In this document: positions 1 through 13,375 of the stretch, piece by piece
How positions within the stretch are numbered: position 1 is the stretch's first letter
Layout of the letters: every line of letters starts with the position of its first letter
From: Lama guanicoe
Lineage: Eukaryota
DNA: 64,000 nt
NCBI GenBank assembly: GCA_013239625.1
Contig: MU053376.1
Span: forward strand, 1,972,507-2,036,506
Direction of reading: 5' to 3'
Notes under the pieces: generated by a model
Told to the model about the DNA's origin: nothing
Database searches by the model: none
Seen by the model: the letters and a program-made list of their open reading frames with translations, nothing else
Position numbers and translations under genes: made by a program

Positions 1-783
1 CTTAGTCCTGTCCGAATCATGTGTTTCCCTGACAAGAGGCTCTGGTCAGTTGTAACAGAGCACAGTGAGCATCCACGGGCGGTAGAAGTTAAATCCACAG
101 AGTTCATTGTCATGGCAAAGAATGGATTTTCTCCAGGGGCCCACTAGCATTACTGCGGGTTGTAAGTCTGACTACTCATACATTCCAGAACTTCTGGGAA
201 AGCCTTAAGGAAATGGCTTTCAGAATCAAGTGCCCTAGAGGAGAAAGCTCTAGGATTTCATTAAACCAGAACTTAGTAATGAGCATTCTTTGTCTTCACT
301 GACCTAGGCAGTAGGGAACTCTGCCTCTGGACGTTTAATTTATGACCCTGATTGAACCAGCTCCCAGTTGTGTATCTGAGAAGCATTTTTTTCTGTTTAA
401 TCTACCTGGAGAGATAGAAAGTAATTCTTTGCTTTTTATTTTGCTTCTACACACCCTTTCTTAATTGCCCTGTTTTTGCCAAATACCTACCTCTCCGCCT
501 TAGGAAAACTGCATATTTCTTACAGAGTTATTGTTACCTTGGTGCTTATTGAAATTGGGAAGGGGAACAAATTGTGCAGCAGAGGCATAAGGAAAACCTT
601 GTGGTTGATAGAGCCCCTCCACTGGAGGGAGTTAGCCGCATTCCTGCCTTGGGGATCAGTTTCCCCGCACTTTCCCAATTCCACATAGCATGATCATTAT
701 GTTTTGAGGGTACATAAGGAGGCACCACAGTGTGGTGGAAAGAGCATCCAGGTGGGTTTTCCGAGGGCTGGATTCTAATATTA

Positions 784-960
784 ATAATAGCTAACGTTTA
801 TTGAGCATACTAAGTGCTAGATTCTGCCTTAAACACTTCCATGGATTATTTCGTTATTATCCTATTTTACAGATGTGGATGTGGAGGCATAGATTGGTTA
901 AATAATTTACCCAAGTTCATACAAGCGGGAAGTGGATGCGGGATTCAAATCATCCCCTAG
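784..960 (-). mobile_element. MIR SINE, flanked by further MIR-like fragments (~715-1130)
   Basis: ataatagctaacgtttattgagc...cctattttacagatg...gaggc...acccaagttcatac core. Confidence 0.75.
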
Positions 961-2417
961 ACCCTGCATGTTTCACACTCTTACGATACTGCATGTGGTC
1001 CCAGACAGGACACTGAATAGCTGTGTGACCCTGGAAAAGTCATTTCAGCTTTCTGGGCTCATCTGGGAACTGTAACCCTGAGGGAGTTCATATGGATAAC
1101 TTCTAATGGAGTTTCCACTTTCAATAATCTATATGAAGTAAACACAGCTATATTGTTTTATACTCTTGTGATTATGTGAAAGCATAGTGTTTAAGTCTAA
1201 TGTAAAATTTTATCTAATTGTCTCAACTGATTATCTTATGACTATTGTGTACAAGGCAGTGGTCTGGGCACCAGGGAAGAGAGAAAGGTGTTTTAAAAGT
1301 TATAATCTGTCTCTTTCATTAGTTTTAGATGGTTTCATATTTCAGTAGTTCGGGGATTTTCTTTCTTTTTTTTTTTTTTAGATTAAGTTCTTTTGCTAAC
1401 TGCACAGGAATCTAATTGAGAAAACAGTTGTGTTTCAAAAGGCAAATTCTGAGACAGGTATTGTGTCTCTCAGACTGTTAGGTTTCTGACATTTTCTTTT
1501 AAAATATAACTCTTCTCACTTCTCACTACATCTATTCACTTCTGAGTGAAGGAGCAACTGGTGAGTTTTTAGTGTTTATGGTGCTGAGAAGCTCAAGGGA
1601 TTCTTTAAAACTGAAATCTAACTGCTTTGGGAGTCTCTTATACTGAAGCAGTACAATTATAGCTGGAAATATCTGTTAGTAACTTAGAAAGGCAAATTCA
1701 AAGAAAGGATTTGCTATGTAATAGCAAGATTGTTTGAAATCACATTTCTATTTTGGCAAGCTGGATTCAACATCTAGCTTGTTCTGGAGTTAGGTTAACT
1801 GTGGAAACCTCCTAGCTGAGATTTTTTAAAAAACTGATCTTGAACTAGAAAACTAGCTCAAGAAATTCCATTTCTAGTAATGCTTTTGAGACTGGAAGAA
1901 TTATGTTCTGAGAGGCTCAAACATCAGCTTAACATCCATCTTTCTCAGTAGATTGTAAACATGTAAACTGTTTTGTATACTGCTATCCTTCCAGTTATAT
2001 TTCAAGTGCTTGACACATAGGAGGTGTTTGATAAATATTTGCCAACAGGCTCTCTATTGATCACTCCTTAAAATCCAGCATTTCCCACCCCCTTGCCAAG
2101 ATCTAGTGATTGAACCTGCTTCAAAACATGTAATCAGCCACCTTGAGGGCCAAGTGACTTAGCGCTTGTCTTGGTTAGTGGTCTTCAGTCCTTAACCCAC
2201 TGTTTTTTTTATTAATTCCACAACTACAGTGTGCCTAGTCTTTTTAAACCTTCATATAATGACTCATCGATTAGTTGTAAAATGAATTTAGTGATTTGGA
2301 CTAACATAAAAAAAGTTGAAAAGAGTAGGCAATATCAGAATGCACTGCACATAAAAAGTACTTTTACTGTAGATTTACATGTGTTATACTGAACTGCAGT
2401 TTTTAAAATGTATTTTT

Positions 2418-2538
2418 ATGAGGGCAGGTAGATTTCTTTGTTCATTTATTTATTTATTTAAACTGAGCTACTGGGCATTGAACCCAGAACCGCATACATG
2501 CTAGGTGTGCACTCTACCACTGAGGTATACCCTCCCCT
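2418..2538 (-). mobile_element. tRNA-Ala-derived SINE (Vic-1-like)
   Basis: Reverse complement has a tRNA-like head and (TAAA)n tail. Flanked by aaaatg(t/c)attttt direct repeats. Confidence 0.85.
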
Positions 2539-5500
2539 CTAAAAATGCATTTTTTTAAACCCTGTTCTATCCTGTCTTCAGAAAGTAAAAACACTTCAGG
2601 AAGAAGTCTTTCTCATGGCATCTCCCAGCCTACCTCTATATAAAAGTTGCAATTCAGCATATTTTTATTTTGTACTACCTTGTGTTCCCCAGAATATAAT
2701 CAGAGCACAGCCTGGCTAGAGCCAGCCTGTGGAATCTTACTCAGTGAGTGAAAGCTGAATAGAAAGTCCCCCTGCATATACACAAGTAGTGTGGCCGCAG
2801 GGAAGTCTAGAAGGCACTCCTGAGCTGTGACCCGCAGGATCACCACCCCGGCACCGCGATAGCCGCATCCGGCACCACCTATTTTGATGGGCTGAGCTGG
2901 GCTGGGAAGAGATCAGACACAGTGCCCACCATCACTGAACACTGGCCCTGCTGCCAAACAGCCACCCCTCTTAACTTAGCCCCGTCCTCCCCACCAAAAA
3001 CATTTCAGGCAGAGCTCCAGCTCTGCAAACTTGGCCTCTTTGAAGTGGTGAGCCAGTGCCCCTGAAACTGTCACTCTGCATCTGATGGCCCTTCTCCTGC
3101 TGCCAGGGCTTCATCTAGGGTTCATGTCTCTTTCCTCTGAAATCTGTAAATGTAAGTTCAATTTTAAACTGTTTTTTTTCCCTAACAGTTGGTCTCAGAA
3201 GTATCTTTAGGGGTAGGGAAAGGGGGCAGTAGCACTGGTAGAGGGAGATATATGCCCTTGAAAATTGGATTCTTTTTTGGAAAACTGCTGACACAGGCTA
3301 ATAGGCAGAGAACTAAATGACCCTACTGTTTCTACCTGCTGACGGCCACAGCCTTGGTACAGGGCTGAAATTAGCTCTCACCACATGGCAGAGACATGCC
3401 TTCCTCTTTTTTTTTTTTTAATACAAATAAGGGGTAATTTTGTGCCTGTCAGATAATACAGCTTTGTATTGTAAATAGCCCGTAAACAGCCGCCCCGCCT
3501 CTCCAACTTGGAAAAGCACACTAGTGCTGATCTAAGTACCTGGAGAATCAGATGGTAGGTAATCTCCCTGATGAGGACTGGTATTAAAACCCTGATTATT
3601 AATAAATGCTGATAGACAAACCCATCCAAGCTCAGGAAACGTATTGCTCCAAAGATGAGTGTCCCTGCAGCCCAGACCATGTAACATAACATTTCCTTAC
3701 ATTTCTGCTACTGCCGCCTTTCACGGTAGCAGAGGCTTCGAAACTTGACAGTCTTGGGGAAATGAGGCTGTGTGTTTCGGTTCTGTTGTCCAATGCTGTT
3801 ATCTGTTGGAAAAGGAGGATTCCCTGCCCATTTTGTAAGCACACAGCTGGCAGGAGCTGTTGCAATCTCACTGCCTTCCGATCAGCCCCGCCCCGGCAGC
3901 AGGCGGACTTGGGGCCTGTGAAACACACTGGCCAAAGTGTTGTGGTGAGTTTCAAAATAAAAGCTCCCCGCCTGAGCACACCATGGCATTTCCCATCCCA
4001 GAGAACCAGCATTGTTAACTGTGCCACATCTCTCATCTAAATTTAGGCATCTTTTTTTTTTCCAGGCAAAGATTACTATGCAAACATTTAAGAGCAAAAC
4101 TTTGCCCAAAGTAATTTTTTCCCTCGACTTCTATTTGGTTTCCTGCGATGTTTAGATGACTCATTCTCTTCCAAGAAATTTTAAAGAAAAGAGATGCAGG
4201 CTGGGTGATAGCGCACAAGGACTGCTCTGTAAATTCTCTTTCTCTTCCCTGCCTAGAAACCCTTGCTGTTTTTTATAGGAAACGGAAAGTCTCCACAGTC
4301 TTCATTGTCATGGACTCGGCCTCATCAGGTCCTGTTGTTCCCAGGAACAAATGTTCCCCTTGTCTTTGGGTGGGGCTCCTTGTAGCTCCACAGCGGCTGC
4401 CAGCACAGAAGCCCTTTTTGGGTCGCTGGGGCCACACTTGCCCCCAGAGGCACACAGTTAAGGTTTCTGAAACAGAAAACGGTGGCCTTTTCTATCCGTG
4501 AAAGGAGAGGTACAGGCTATTTCCTGCCCTTCTCGTTGAGTCAGAATTGCACCCGATTACTGGGGGCTTTATCAGAGCTATAACCGGCTAGCAACACGTG
4601 TGTTCCCAGCCCAGCCCTCAGCCAGAGGGACAGTAAGTCAGAATCACTTCAGCAGCCTGTTCAAATAAACAGGGATAATAGTTGAGTCGGTCCTTTTCCA
4701 ACTAATCAGTATGGGAGAGGAAACATCTGCCCAAGCTTAATTGCTATTTTATTGGTTATGCTTTTTCTCCCCCTTCCCGTCCCACCTCCTCTGGGGGCTA
4801 TGTCATTTAAGTCATGGGTGAGCAGCTGAGTAGAGGAATGGGCGCTTTGTCCTGGAATCTCTGCGGTTTGAAGATGAGGAGGTGGTTAAGGGAGGATGGG
4901 AGGCTGGAGGGCAGGGTGTTTGGAAGTGATACTCTGGTCACTTCCTGGCCTTGTTGCTGACGCTGGGGCTGGTTGGCGAGTCATTTTGCCTCACTTCACC
5001 TCCTTGGACCTCTGCTGCTTCAGTGGAGCTCGGCTCTCCTCATGATGGGAAGGAGGGGCTGGTTTGTGAGATCCTAGAAGAAAGGCACATCCTCTTGAGG
5101 CTTCTTCCAATGATTGAGGGCATTGAATGAGAGTCACTGGGGAATAGTGAATTTAAGACTGGCATACTCTGGAAGACATCCATTTTGTAGAGCATCCCGG
5201 TCCCTGAGGAGAACTTGCTCATTATCTTTTACCCTGTGGAGGGAAGCCAACCCACTGTAGATGGAATTGGGTGGTGTTGGAATCTAATACGGACTCAAGA
5301 AGCCAGACAAAAGATCATGAACTGTAGAATGGCAGAGGTTGGAAAAGACCTTAGGAATGTTTAAAACAGACTTTAATTTTATGGAAAGGAAAACAGAGGT
5401 CCAGAGAGATGGATTAGTTTGTCCAATGTTAACTTCGTGATAGTGAAGGAGCTGGAAATAGGAGAGTCTTGTGATTGCTAATTCAGGACTCCTTCCACAC

Positions 5501-5559
5501 CTTTCCACACTACTAAGTGTAAAATTTCATGTCGGCTCACAACAAAGGTCACACATATC

Positions 5560-6200
5560 TTATATTCTGTATTCCTTAATAGAAGAATGGCAAAGCATAA
5601 AAGAAAAGTGAGAATGACTGAAATGTGTAAAAAAAAAGTTTAGGCTCACTAGAATCAAAGGACTGCAAATTAAAATAAGATACCATGTAAAATTGTCAAG
5701 ATAAAAAAGTAACAAAAACATTCTTATATGCTTCTGGCGGTATCTAAATGGGTACGATTTTTCTCAAGGGCAATTTAATGGTTTAAATTAGTAGTCTTTG
5801 ACTCAGCAATGTTACTTCTAAGAGGAAATAATGATAGGTGTGTGCATAGATTATACACAAAGTAATTAAATACAGCATATTTTATTATAAAAATGTGTAA
5901 GCAAAGCAAATGTCCAAGAGTAGAAGCTACATCAATATAACCTATTATAATGTATAGAAGAATAATACATAGGGAAATGTTCACAACATATGTTTAAGTG
6001 GGTAAGTTACAGTGTCTATAATGCAATCTCAATTCCATCAAAATCGTAGAGAGAAGATTAGAAAAATATATAACAAAGTCTGGAGTGATGACTTCTTAGG
6101 GGTAAGAATTAAGGGTTACTTTTTCTTTTTTTGAGGTTTTCTACAGGTTTCTTATTTATCGCAATAAACATATATTGCCTTTGTAATCTTGAAAAAAGCA
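5560..6200 (+). mobile_element. Ancient L1 (L1ME-like) 3' remnant
   Basis: A-rich, with tgcaaattaaaataagataccat, ctttgactcagcaatgttacttctaagagga and aaatgtcca motifs. Confidence 0.6.
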
Positions 6201-7168
6201 AGATCTTAAATGATTATATTTCTGACATGCAAGACCTCTCCCTTTCTTTGCCTGGGGGCTGAGCTGTACCAGGGGGTAGAACTATACCTTCCATTAGAAG
6301 GGCATTGTTGGTATCTGATTTTTAGTAGGAAAGAAGTAGGAGCAGTTGGCAGAAAAGAAAACCAGGGCTTCCCCACTCCATGACCCAGGGATGCCGATCA
6401 GGTTTATGCCCCACTCCCTCGGGCTTGGCATCAAACACGCAGTATCAAAGGTGTGGCTCTTATTTCCTTCCTGCTTCCTTATTCTCCTCTCTTCTCCCCT
6501 TCTCTCTCTGTGTAGTTAGATGCAGCCCTGGGCAGCAGCAGCAAAGAAACTGAGAGCCACCACTGCTTAACGTTGACCAGTTGGAGACCCCTTAACATGT
6601 ATTATCAGAATTAAGTGATACTAGCCACCAGTTATCGTTGAGGTAGCACTGCCTTGGGAGTTTGGGATAGAAATAAAGCAAGTAAGAGGTATAACTCCTT
6701 CCTGCTTGAAGGTTTCCATTCAGTCAGTTACTTTGAAGTTCTTGGATGTTTATATACATATGCCTTTCTCATCCTATTTCCCATCTTAACTTTCTGCCAC
6801 AATTCTCAGCAATGCTTGACTGCAAGTATCCAAGAAAGCTTGTTCCACCCAACAACAGTTGCCAAGCAGGTTGTGGCTTTCAGGCCTGCTCTTCGGGGAC
6901 CAATTGAAAAATCAAAGGCTGCAACCCATTTTCCTCCACATGATTGCCTTTGCTAGGCTAGTGAAGGGGCACATTTCACTTTATTAAAACTCTTCGGGTA
7001 ATCTGACCATAATTTGGTCTGATCAGAGTGGTTATCTGATTTGCTGGGTTAAATAATGGGTCTTAATTGAGTCTGTGTTATTTGTAGAGCCAGGGCTGCC
7101 CTTGCCTTTGCTGCCCCCTCCTCCCTCCTTCTGTTTCCCAATTAACCTTCATTTCTCTTTCCTTGCAG

Positions 7169-7231
7169 AGTAAAGAAGTTGGCCAGCAGCTCCAAGATGA
7201 TTTGATGAAGGTCCTGAATGAGCTCTACTCG
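7169..7231 (+). CDS. SRGAP2: SRGAP2 coding exon 4 (63 nt, phase 0/0): SKEVGQQLQDDLMKVLNELYS, F-BAR domain
   Basis: Acceptor ttctctttccttgcag|AGT, donor TCG|gtaaat. Translation matches SRGAP2. Absent from the ORF track. Confidence 0.96.
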
Positions 7232-9220
7232 GTAAATCAGATGGGTTACTTGGCTCTTTAATAAGCAGAGGGAAGCAGCATTTGGCAGCTTGTGGCCATA
7301 GTCACGTCAGCAACAGCACTGAGCTGAGGTTGAGGACAGTGCATGGTCCCCACTGGGGATGACTTCACCCACCTCTTTTTTCACTCTTATTTTCAAACTA
7401 AAAGGAGCCAAAAACTGCTTTCTCAAAATAAGATCCCTTTTCAGCTGTACAGGCTAACTCTGGCCTCATTTGGGACAGAGTTGCCAGAGACCTGCCAAGG
7501 CCTCGGTCACCAGCACAGCTGACCCCCATTAGCAGCAAACCAGGGACCCCAAACCTAATGGCAGGGAACCTAGCCTGCATTGTCCCATGAATAATAATGT
7601 GCTCCGTTGGAAAGGATCTATTGTTCAAAATTTTGCATCAGTTCTCAGGCTGATCTACTGGTTTGAGACGAGAGCAGTTGCTGTAGAGGGAAGTATAGGG
7701 TCTTAAATGCCCCTAAGATAAGGGATCAGTTCGGGGAGAGAGCGCATTTCCTCGACTCCTGGGGTTTTATAAAGGTCAAACCTCAGTGAAGGGCCAGGCT
7801 TCGGGTTTGGAGCAAAAAACACGATCTGTTCTGAAATGACTGGCGTTTCAAGCACGTGTTGCCTGTGGCTGATGTATGTTTCTTCGTGCACTGGGAGGTG
7901 GTCGTGGTGGTTTCTCCCCAAGCTGTGTTTCGTTAATTACAGTCAAAACATCCCCCCCAAGGAAATTCCTGCTGCCATACAGGGAGTATTTCGATTGTGC
8001 AGCTAAAGCCTTTCAGGGACCCTTCTCCAGCTGGGCTGTGCCAGGCCTTTGTGTCCTTCTCCAGGGTTGCCCTGTCCTATTTTGGAGGTGAAATTTATTT
8101 CCTGTGTTTACTTGCTTATCCATTGCATTTTTTCTTTTTTTTTTTAATTTAATTCACAGGAAGACAGGCAGTGGTGATATGCATCACAGGCATTTGGGAT
8201 CAGAGAATTCCATGTTCTTGATCCAAAAGCCTAGGTGTGGCCATTTTGTCATGGCAACTGTTAAGCAATAAATAGGGTAGAGTGGTCAACAGCTATGTCT
8301 CCAGTGACGTTCAGTTTGTTTGCAGTTTCTGCTCTGTGACTCTTCTGCTCTGAAGCCAAGTAGATAGATAGATGGTTCCCTTTGGTTAGCTCCCAAGTTT
8401 TCATTTCTTTCAAATGAAGTTAAGGCTTTTTAAAAATAGAAGCATGTTGATGTGAACCATTTTCAGATTGGATGAGTTTTCTGAACCCCCTGGTCTTTTA
8501 AATGCTTTACTTCTACTCTTTAGTTTTAGAGCGTCATCTAGGCACCAAGAAGAGCTATGACTCCTTTCTCCTGGCAGATAATTCGCTAAGATAGAAAATG
8601 ACACATGGAGTCATTATATGAATCCTTTTATTTTCCCGTAAGCATCTTGGGCCTGTGCTGTTGCTATTTCTGGAGAGGAGTAGGATGGATAATCAGTAAA
8701 CCCCAAACCAACTCAGATCCAGTGGGCCACTTCTGCAGTGCGACTTCAGGCAGCAGCAGAAGAGTAGGTCCTAGGGGTTTGTTAGCTTTACTCAGAGTCC
8801 TACATCTCTTAATGTGCTGTGATTAAAAATAAGTAAATAGATAAATAAATAAACAAACGTACATGCATGCATACGTAATTGTCTTGGAATGAGGAAGAAA
8901 ACCCTGGAACTTGCTGCTCTGATCTGAGGAGGGCTGAGCTGGCACCTCAGGCTGCAGTCTTCAGGCAGTCCAATGTGGCCAGGACTTCACGGGCCACTAT
9001 GAGGCCACAATCAGTGCAGAGTGTAAAGTCTTCCCACTGGTGTGCAAACTGGGCACCGTGTCCCCTTCCATTAGGTGAATTGGTACCCACTCTTATCATC
9101 TGTCCAAGGCCAAAATAAAAATTTGAGATTTTCCTCTAGTAAGCAATGGGAAGAGGCAAAAAAAAAAAAAGTAGAAAACACTGGAAAGGCAGTGTTCCAG
9201 AGAAGGCAGAACAGTCTGGT

Positions 9221-9419
9221 GTAGTGATTCTCAAGCAGGGTGATTTTTTATCTGAGAGGACACTTGAAAATGTCTGCAGACATTTTTGGTGGTCACAACT
9301 AGAGCAGAGGATGCTAGGGGCCAGGATGCAACTGAAATCTTATAATTCTCAGGACAGCCCCCAACAACAGAGGATTATCTGGACTAAAATGTCAGTAGTA
9401 CCAAGATTGAAAAACTCTG
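9221..9419. mobile_element. MER20-like hAT DNA transposon
   Basis: agtgattctcaa...aatgtctgcagacatttttggtggtcacaact...ggccaggatgc...aggacagccccc...aaaatgtcagtagtaccaagattgaaaaactctg. Confidence 0.8.
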
Positions 9420-9697
9420 GTCTAATGATTAGAATCTCTTGAATTGGGCAACCTGGATTCTACCCAGTCTCCACCAGCTATGTGAGCTTGAGGAGATGGA
9501 TGCTCCTGGAATCTCTGTTTCCTGGGGGGTGGGGGTTTGGGGAGTCATAATTCATGAAATATCACATCATAGTTAAGAGTCTGCTGAGTCTGCAGATTCT
9601 GTAGGCCATTAGGAAGTTCAGAGAGTAGAATTATGAGTTGTTTCTTCTGGAAGGGGAGATAAGTGTAGGACTGGTCTTGAGTTAGGCACCGTGGCAT

Positions 9698-9810
9698 TAG
9701 GGTGACTGACTACCTCGGTTTGCCTAGGACTGAAGGCTTTCCTGGGACCCGAAACTTTCAGTGCTGAACCTGGGAAAGTCCTGAGTAAGCCAGGATGATC
9801 GGTCATCCTG
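9698..9810. mobile_element. MER81-like hAT-Blackjack MITE
   Basis: ~113 bp with TIRs tagggtgac / gtcatcctg and internal ggtttgcctaggact and actttcagtgct. Confidence 0.75.
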
Positions 9811-10999
9811 CACGGGACAGTGGTTTCACCAAGTAGGAACTGGGGACTTTTGTATGCTGGCTTTGGGGAGATACTTGCTGTATATTGTCTCTCTGCCTCT
9901 GTCCCCCTCAAAGGAGTTAAGAGAACAAGGGAGAGCTCCTTATAAGGAGCTTCCCCCTATTTGATCTCTGGGAAGGAGCTCTCTGAGCAATAGAAGTTGC
10001 TTGTGGGCACGGGATAAAGGAAACCAAGAATGCAAGGAACCCACCATATTCAGTGCTCTTCTTACCTGGCATCTGCCCTTCCTGCCCACAGATACCTCTT
10101 TTGGGGAGACCGATTACCTACAGATTGATAATTTAGGCACTTTTGAACCTTGATCCAAAGGGCAGGACCCAGGTGTTCCCCGATAAAGATGCCTTCGGAC
10201 AAGAGGCCCAGACTCTCATCCTGAGTGGCCAGCTGCCCCTGTTACCCTCCTTTTTTCTGCCTGAAGGGCCTTTGATTTTCCTGCCTTGGCATTCTGTGCC
10301 GGGGGCCGCCTGCCGCAGCTGCTCTGCAGAGAGCAGTCCCAGTGAGCGTTCCCCTCCACGTGTTTTTTACCCCATAATGGGCTGGCTAGTTTGTAGGCCA
10401 TGGCATAAGTGGTTTTCATTTTCTGACTGATGGCATCAGGAATGCCTTTGAAGTCAGAGGACACTGCTTCCCAGAGAACTCCGGAATTCGCTGCCTCAGT
10501 TATGCTCAGAGGCTGTATCTGGAAAAGCCCAGCAAGCTCCCACAGGAAGGAATGTACACGGGGGCACTGAAGCCACATGGATCGGCTGAATAGGAGAGTC
10601 AGGGAAGCCCTAGAATTGAGAAAGAAGAGGTGTTGGGACCCCGGAGCTGTTGTTGCCCTAGAGGTTTTATGCATCAGCCCTCCCCCTGAATATGTGTTCC
10701 CTTGAATTGGTGCAGCAGCTGTCTGTGGGACCGCTTCAGACTGGAACTGAGCACCTGCTGCTTTGAAACAATGTCAGTTAATAGTCCCCCAACTCTGTTT
10801 GCCTGCTTGTCCCCTGCACTTGGCACTAGGGATACAAAAACATTTAAGAAATGTCCCTGAACTCGGGGCCTTTAGTTTTAATAGAATAGAAGAGACAGAA
10901 AAGTAAAGCTGTAAGTAAAATATGAAGTGGTGACTCTTCCCATGTCTACAGAGGGTGGCCGCATGAAGTCAGGCTCCTTGGAGAGAGAGACGAAATGCA

Positions 11000-11925
11000 T
11001 CTTAATTGCTGAGAGCTCTTTTATTGTTCTCTATATGTCCCTTTTTTGTTGTACCCTGCTCTTGTCTCATGATGCAGGGTCTTTTCACTTCTCATTGATC
11101 TCTCTAGGGATATTATTGATGGGTTATTTTTGAAGTTTTCTTCTTTCTGTATACTTTCTGTTTCCTCTCAATTGCTTGTTTTGGTCTTGGTCTTTTACAT
11201 GAGATATTTTCCTTAAATGTCTGGTAATCTTTAACTGCCTGCTTATATTTTAAAGTGAGACACTAAAAAGCTGTTTGGAAGTTCTGGGTCAACTGTGGTC
11301 TTTACTGGAAGGTAATCTGACTGGACTGTGTCCCTAGGGGAAGCCCTGATATCAGTATTTCTAGGTCTTTTATATTAGATGGACAGATTCCCTAGATAAG
11401 TCTCTTTTGATCTCCTGCCTATGTCTAGGGGTTGAGTTGTGAAGAGGCCTGGCCATCTCAACATTCAGCATAGAATTTTCAGTTCATCCTCTTGTTTTTA
11501 AGGCCAGTACCCCTGTCCTCAGCTGAGCCTGGTGTCCTCGGTCCACAGATACTCCCTAAGAAAATAAACCTCTAATCTTCCACTACAGAGGGGAAGGAGA
11601 TGGGATCTGGGAGTCTAACTGTTCTGAGGCACTCAATAGTTTCTCTTGTTTTTAGCTCCACCTTTATCCCACTGCCACCAATTCCTCTGAGGGCTTCTGT
11701 GGTACAAGTCTGATTTCTTCTTGGCTCTCCCTCCTTTTGGTTTAGGATTCAATAGGTCAGTTACCACTTGCCTCCCGACTTTTCATCTTCTGCTTTCATT
11801 CTTCATGTTTTTCTCAGTTTATACCTAAAAAAATAATCAAGTAAAAACTCTTTTCTGTTGTTTTAGTGTGGCTTGGGGAGGGAGCAGAGCTAAAGGCATG
11901 AATTCGATATTTAGTTTTTTCAGAG
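11000..11925 (-). mobile_element. Ancient L1-related (HAL1/L1ME-like) remnant
   Basis: T-rich diverged tract resembling recalled old L1/HAL1 consensus. Family uncertain. Confidence 0.45.
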
Positions 11926-12901
11926 TAAAGTGAATTACTTTGTAGAACTGAGAATTTAGACTTCTGAGTTTTCCCCCTAGTTTGTATTTGCTTCACTGTT
12001 TATTTTCTCCAACTCCTATGTTGATTTCCCTATTTCTCCAATTGTTTTGACATCAGTTACTCAAGCTTCAGCCTCAGGCTACCTCAGCTTTCTCTTGAGT
12101 TGGAGGACACTAGTTATACTTCTGTATTTTCGCAGAGGAGAGATTCAGTGTCACTGAGTCATTTGGGTGACCACACTGATTGTAAAACTACCACTGTGTA
12201 CGTGACATATTTCTTAACTATGGAGAAGAAAGGAAAACACAGAAGAGGAAGTGGTGCTTACCCTTGGGAATTTATAGTTTCTCAGACGAGACAGTGTTTT
12301 TACCCTTTTAAAAAGAGTTCTTTAGGGGAAAGGAACAATATAAATTGTTGATTTTTGTTACTTCATTTGTTGTCTTGTCAACACTGTTCTTTTGAGCCCT
12401 TTTGTTTTTTGTCTCTCATGTTCATTCATGGTGTTTCCTCTTCATTTATTATGCATCTTTATGAAATACAAAATCATTTTGTTAAAGTCAACTCATTTTT
12501 ACAACTGTTTACTCAGACTTTTTGAATCCCTTGGTCATATTCCAGGTGAAAAGAGAAAAAGGGGCCTCCTGTCTTCCCTTCTTCAATCAGATAATAGATA
12601 ACTTTTTCTTGCTTCTTAGTCCACCTAGAAACCTGGAAGACTCTTTGAAGATTTTTTTTTTTAACGCTGTTGGCTGTTAAATATTCTTCTCCCATGTAGA
12701 GAATATACAGAGTAGATCTTATACTTATGAGAAATGACGTCAGATTCTGAATAAGGTGAAGCTGACTTAAAACATTCTGCAGCTAAAATGAGACATCATT
12801 GAAACTCTAAAGTCCTTTGATCTTGTCAATGTCCCACTATTCTCTGCTCCTTCCTCCACTTCCCACTCAGGGATGAGTGTACCCACAAAATCCCTCTAAC
12901 C

Positions 12902-13018
12902 CAGGATTCCTCAACCCTGGCACCATGGACATTTGAGGCCAGATCATTGTTGTGACAATAAAAATGTCCAGCATTGGTCTCTCGGGGCCAAATTAGCCCC
13001 CAGTTGAGACTGCTGCTC
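12902..13018. mobile_element. Internally deleted MER20-like element
   Basis: caggattcctcaaccctggcaccatggacatttg...gttgtgacaataaaaatgtc...cccccagttgaga. Confidence 0.7.
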
Positions 13019-13124
13019 TCACTCAAGTCCATAAATGAAACCGGATTCTCTTTTTAAGCCTCTAGTGACTAAATTTAGCCTTTCCTCCCAACTAATCCAG
13101 CCCTGGTCCTATGCAGAGAAGAGA

Positions 13125-13375
13125 CATCGGTGTTTAGTGGCCAAGCACATGGATTTTGTCGTCTGACAAACCTGGGTTTGAATCCTGATTCTGATTCATT
13201 TACTAGCTGTGTGACCTTGGGCTTGATAGTTCACCTCTTTGAGCCTCAGTTTCCTCATCTTTAAAAGTGGGAATAATAACATGTCTTTCATAGACTTGTC
13301 GTGATGATTAAAAGAGGTGACGTACATCAGGTCCTTGACACCCAGCATGTTCTCAGTGGTAGAGATTATTGTTCG
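13125..13375 (+). mobile_element. MIR SINE
   Basis: cctgggtttgaatcctg...tactagctgtgtgaccttggg...gagcctcagtttcctcatctttaaaagtggg. Confidence 0.85.

Noticed and set aside
10061..10071. cttacctggca resembling the U1 snRNA 5' end (also ~25412)
   Set aside because: Similarity does not extend beyond ~11 nt; it is simply a reverse-complement donor-like string.
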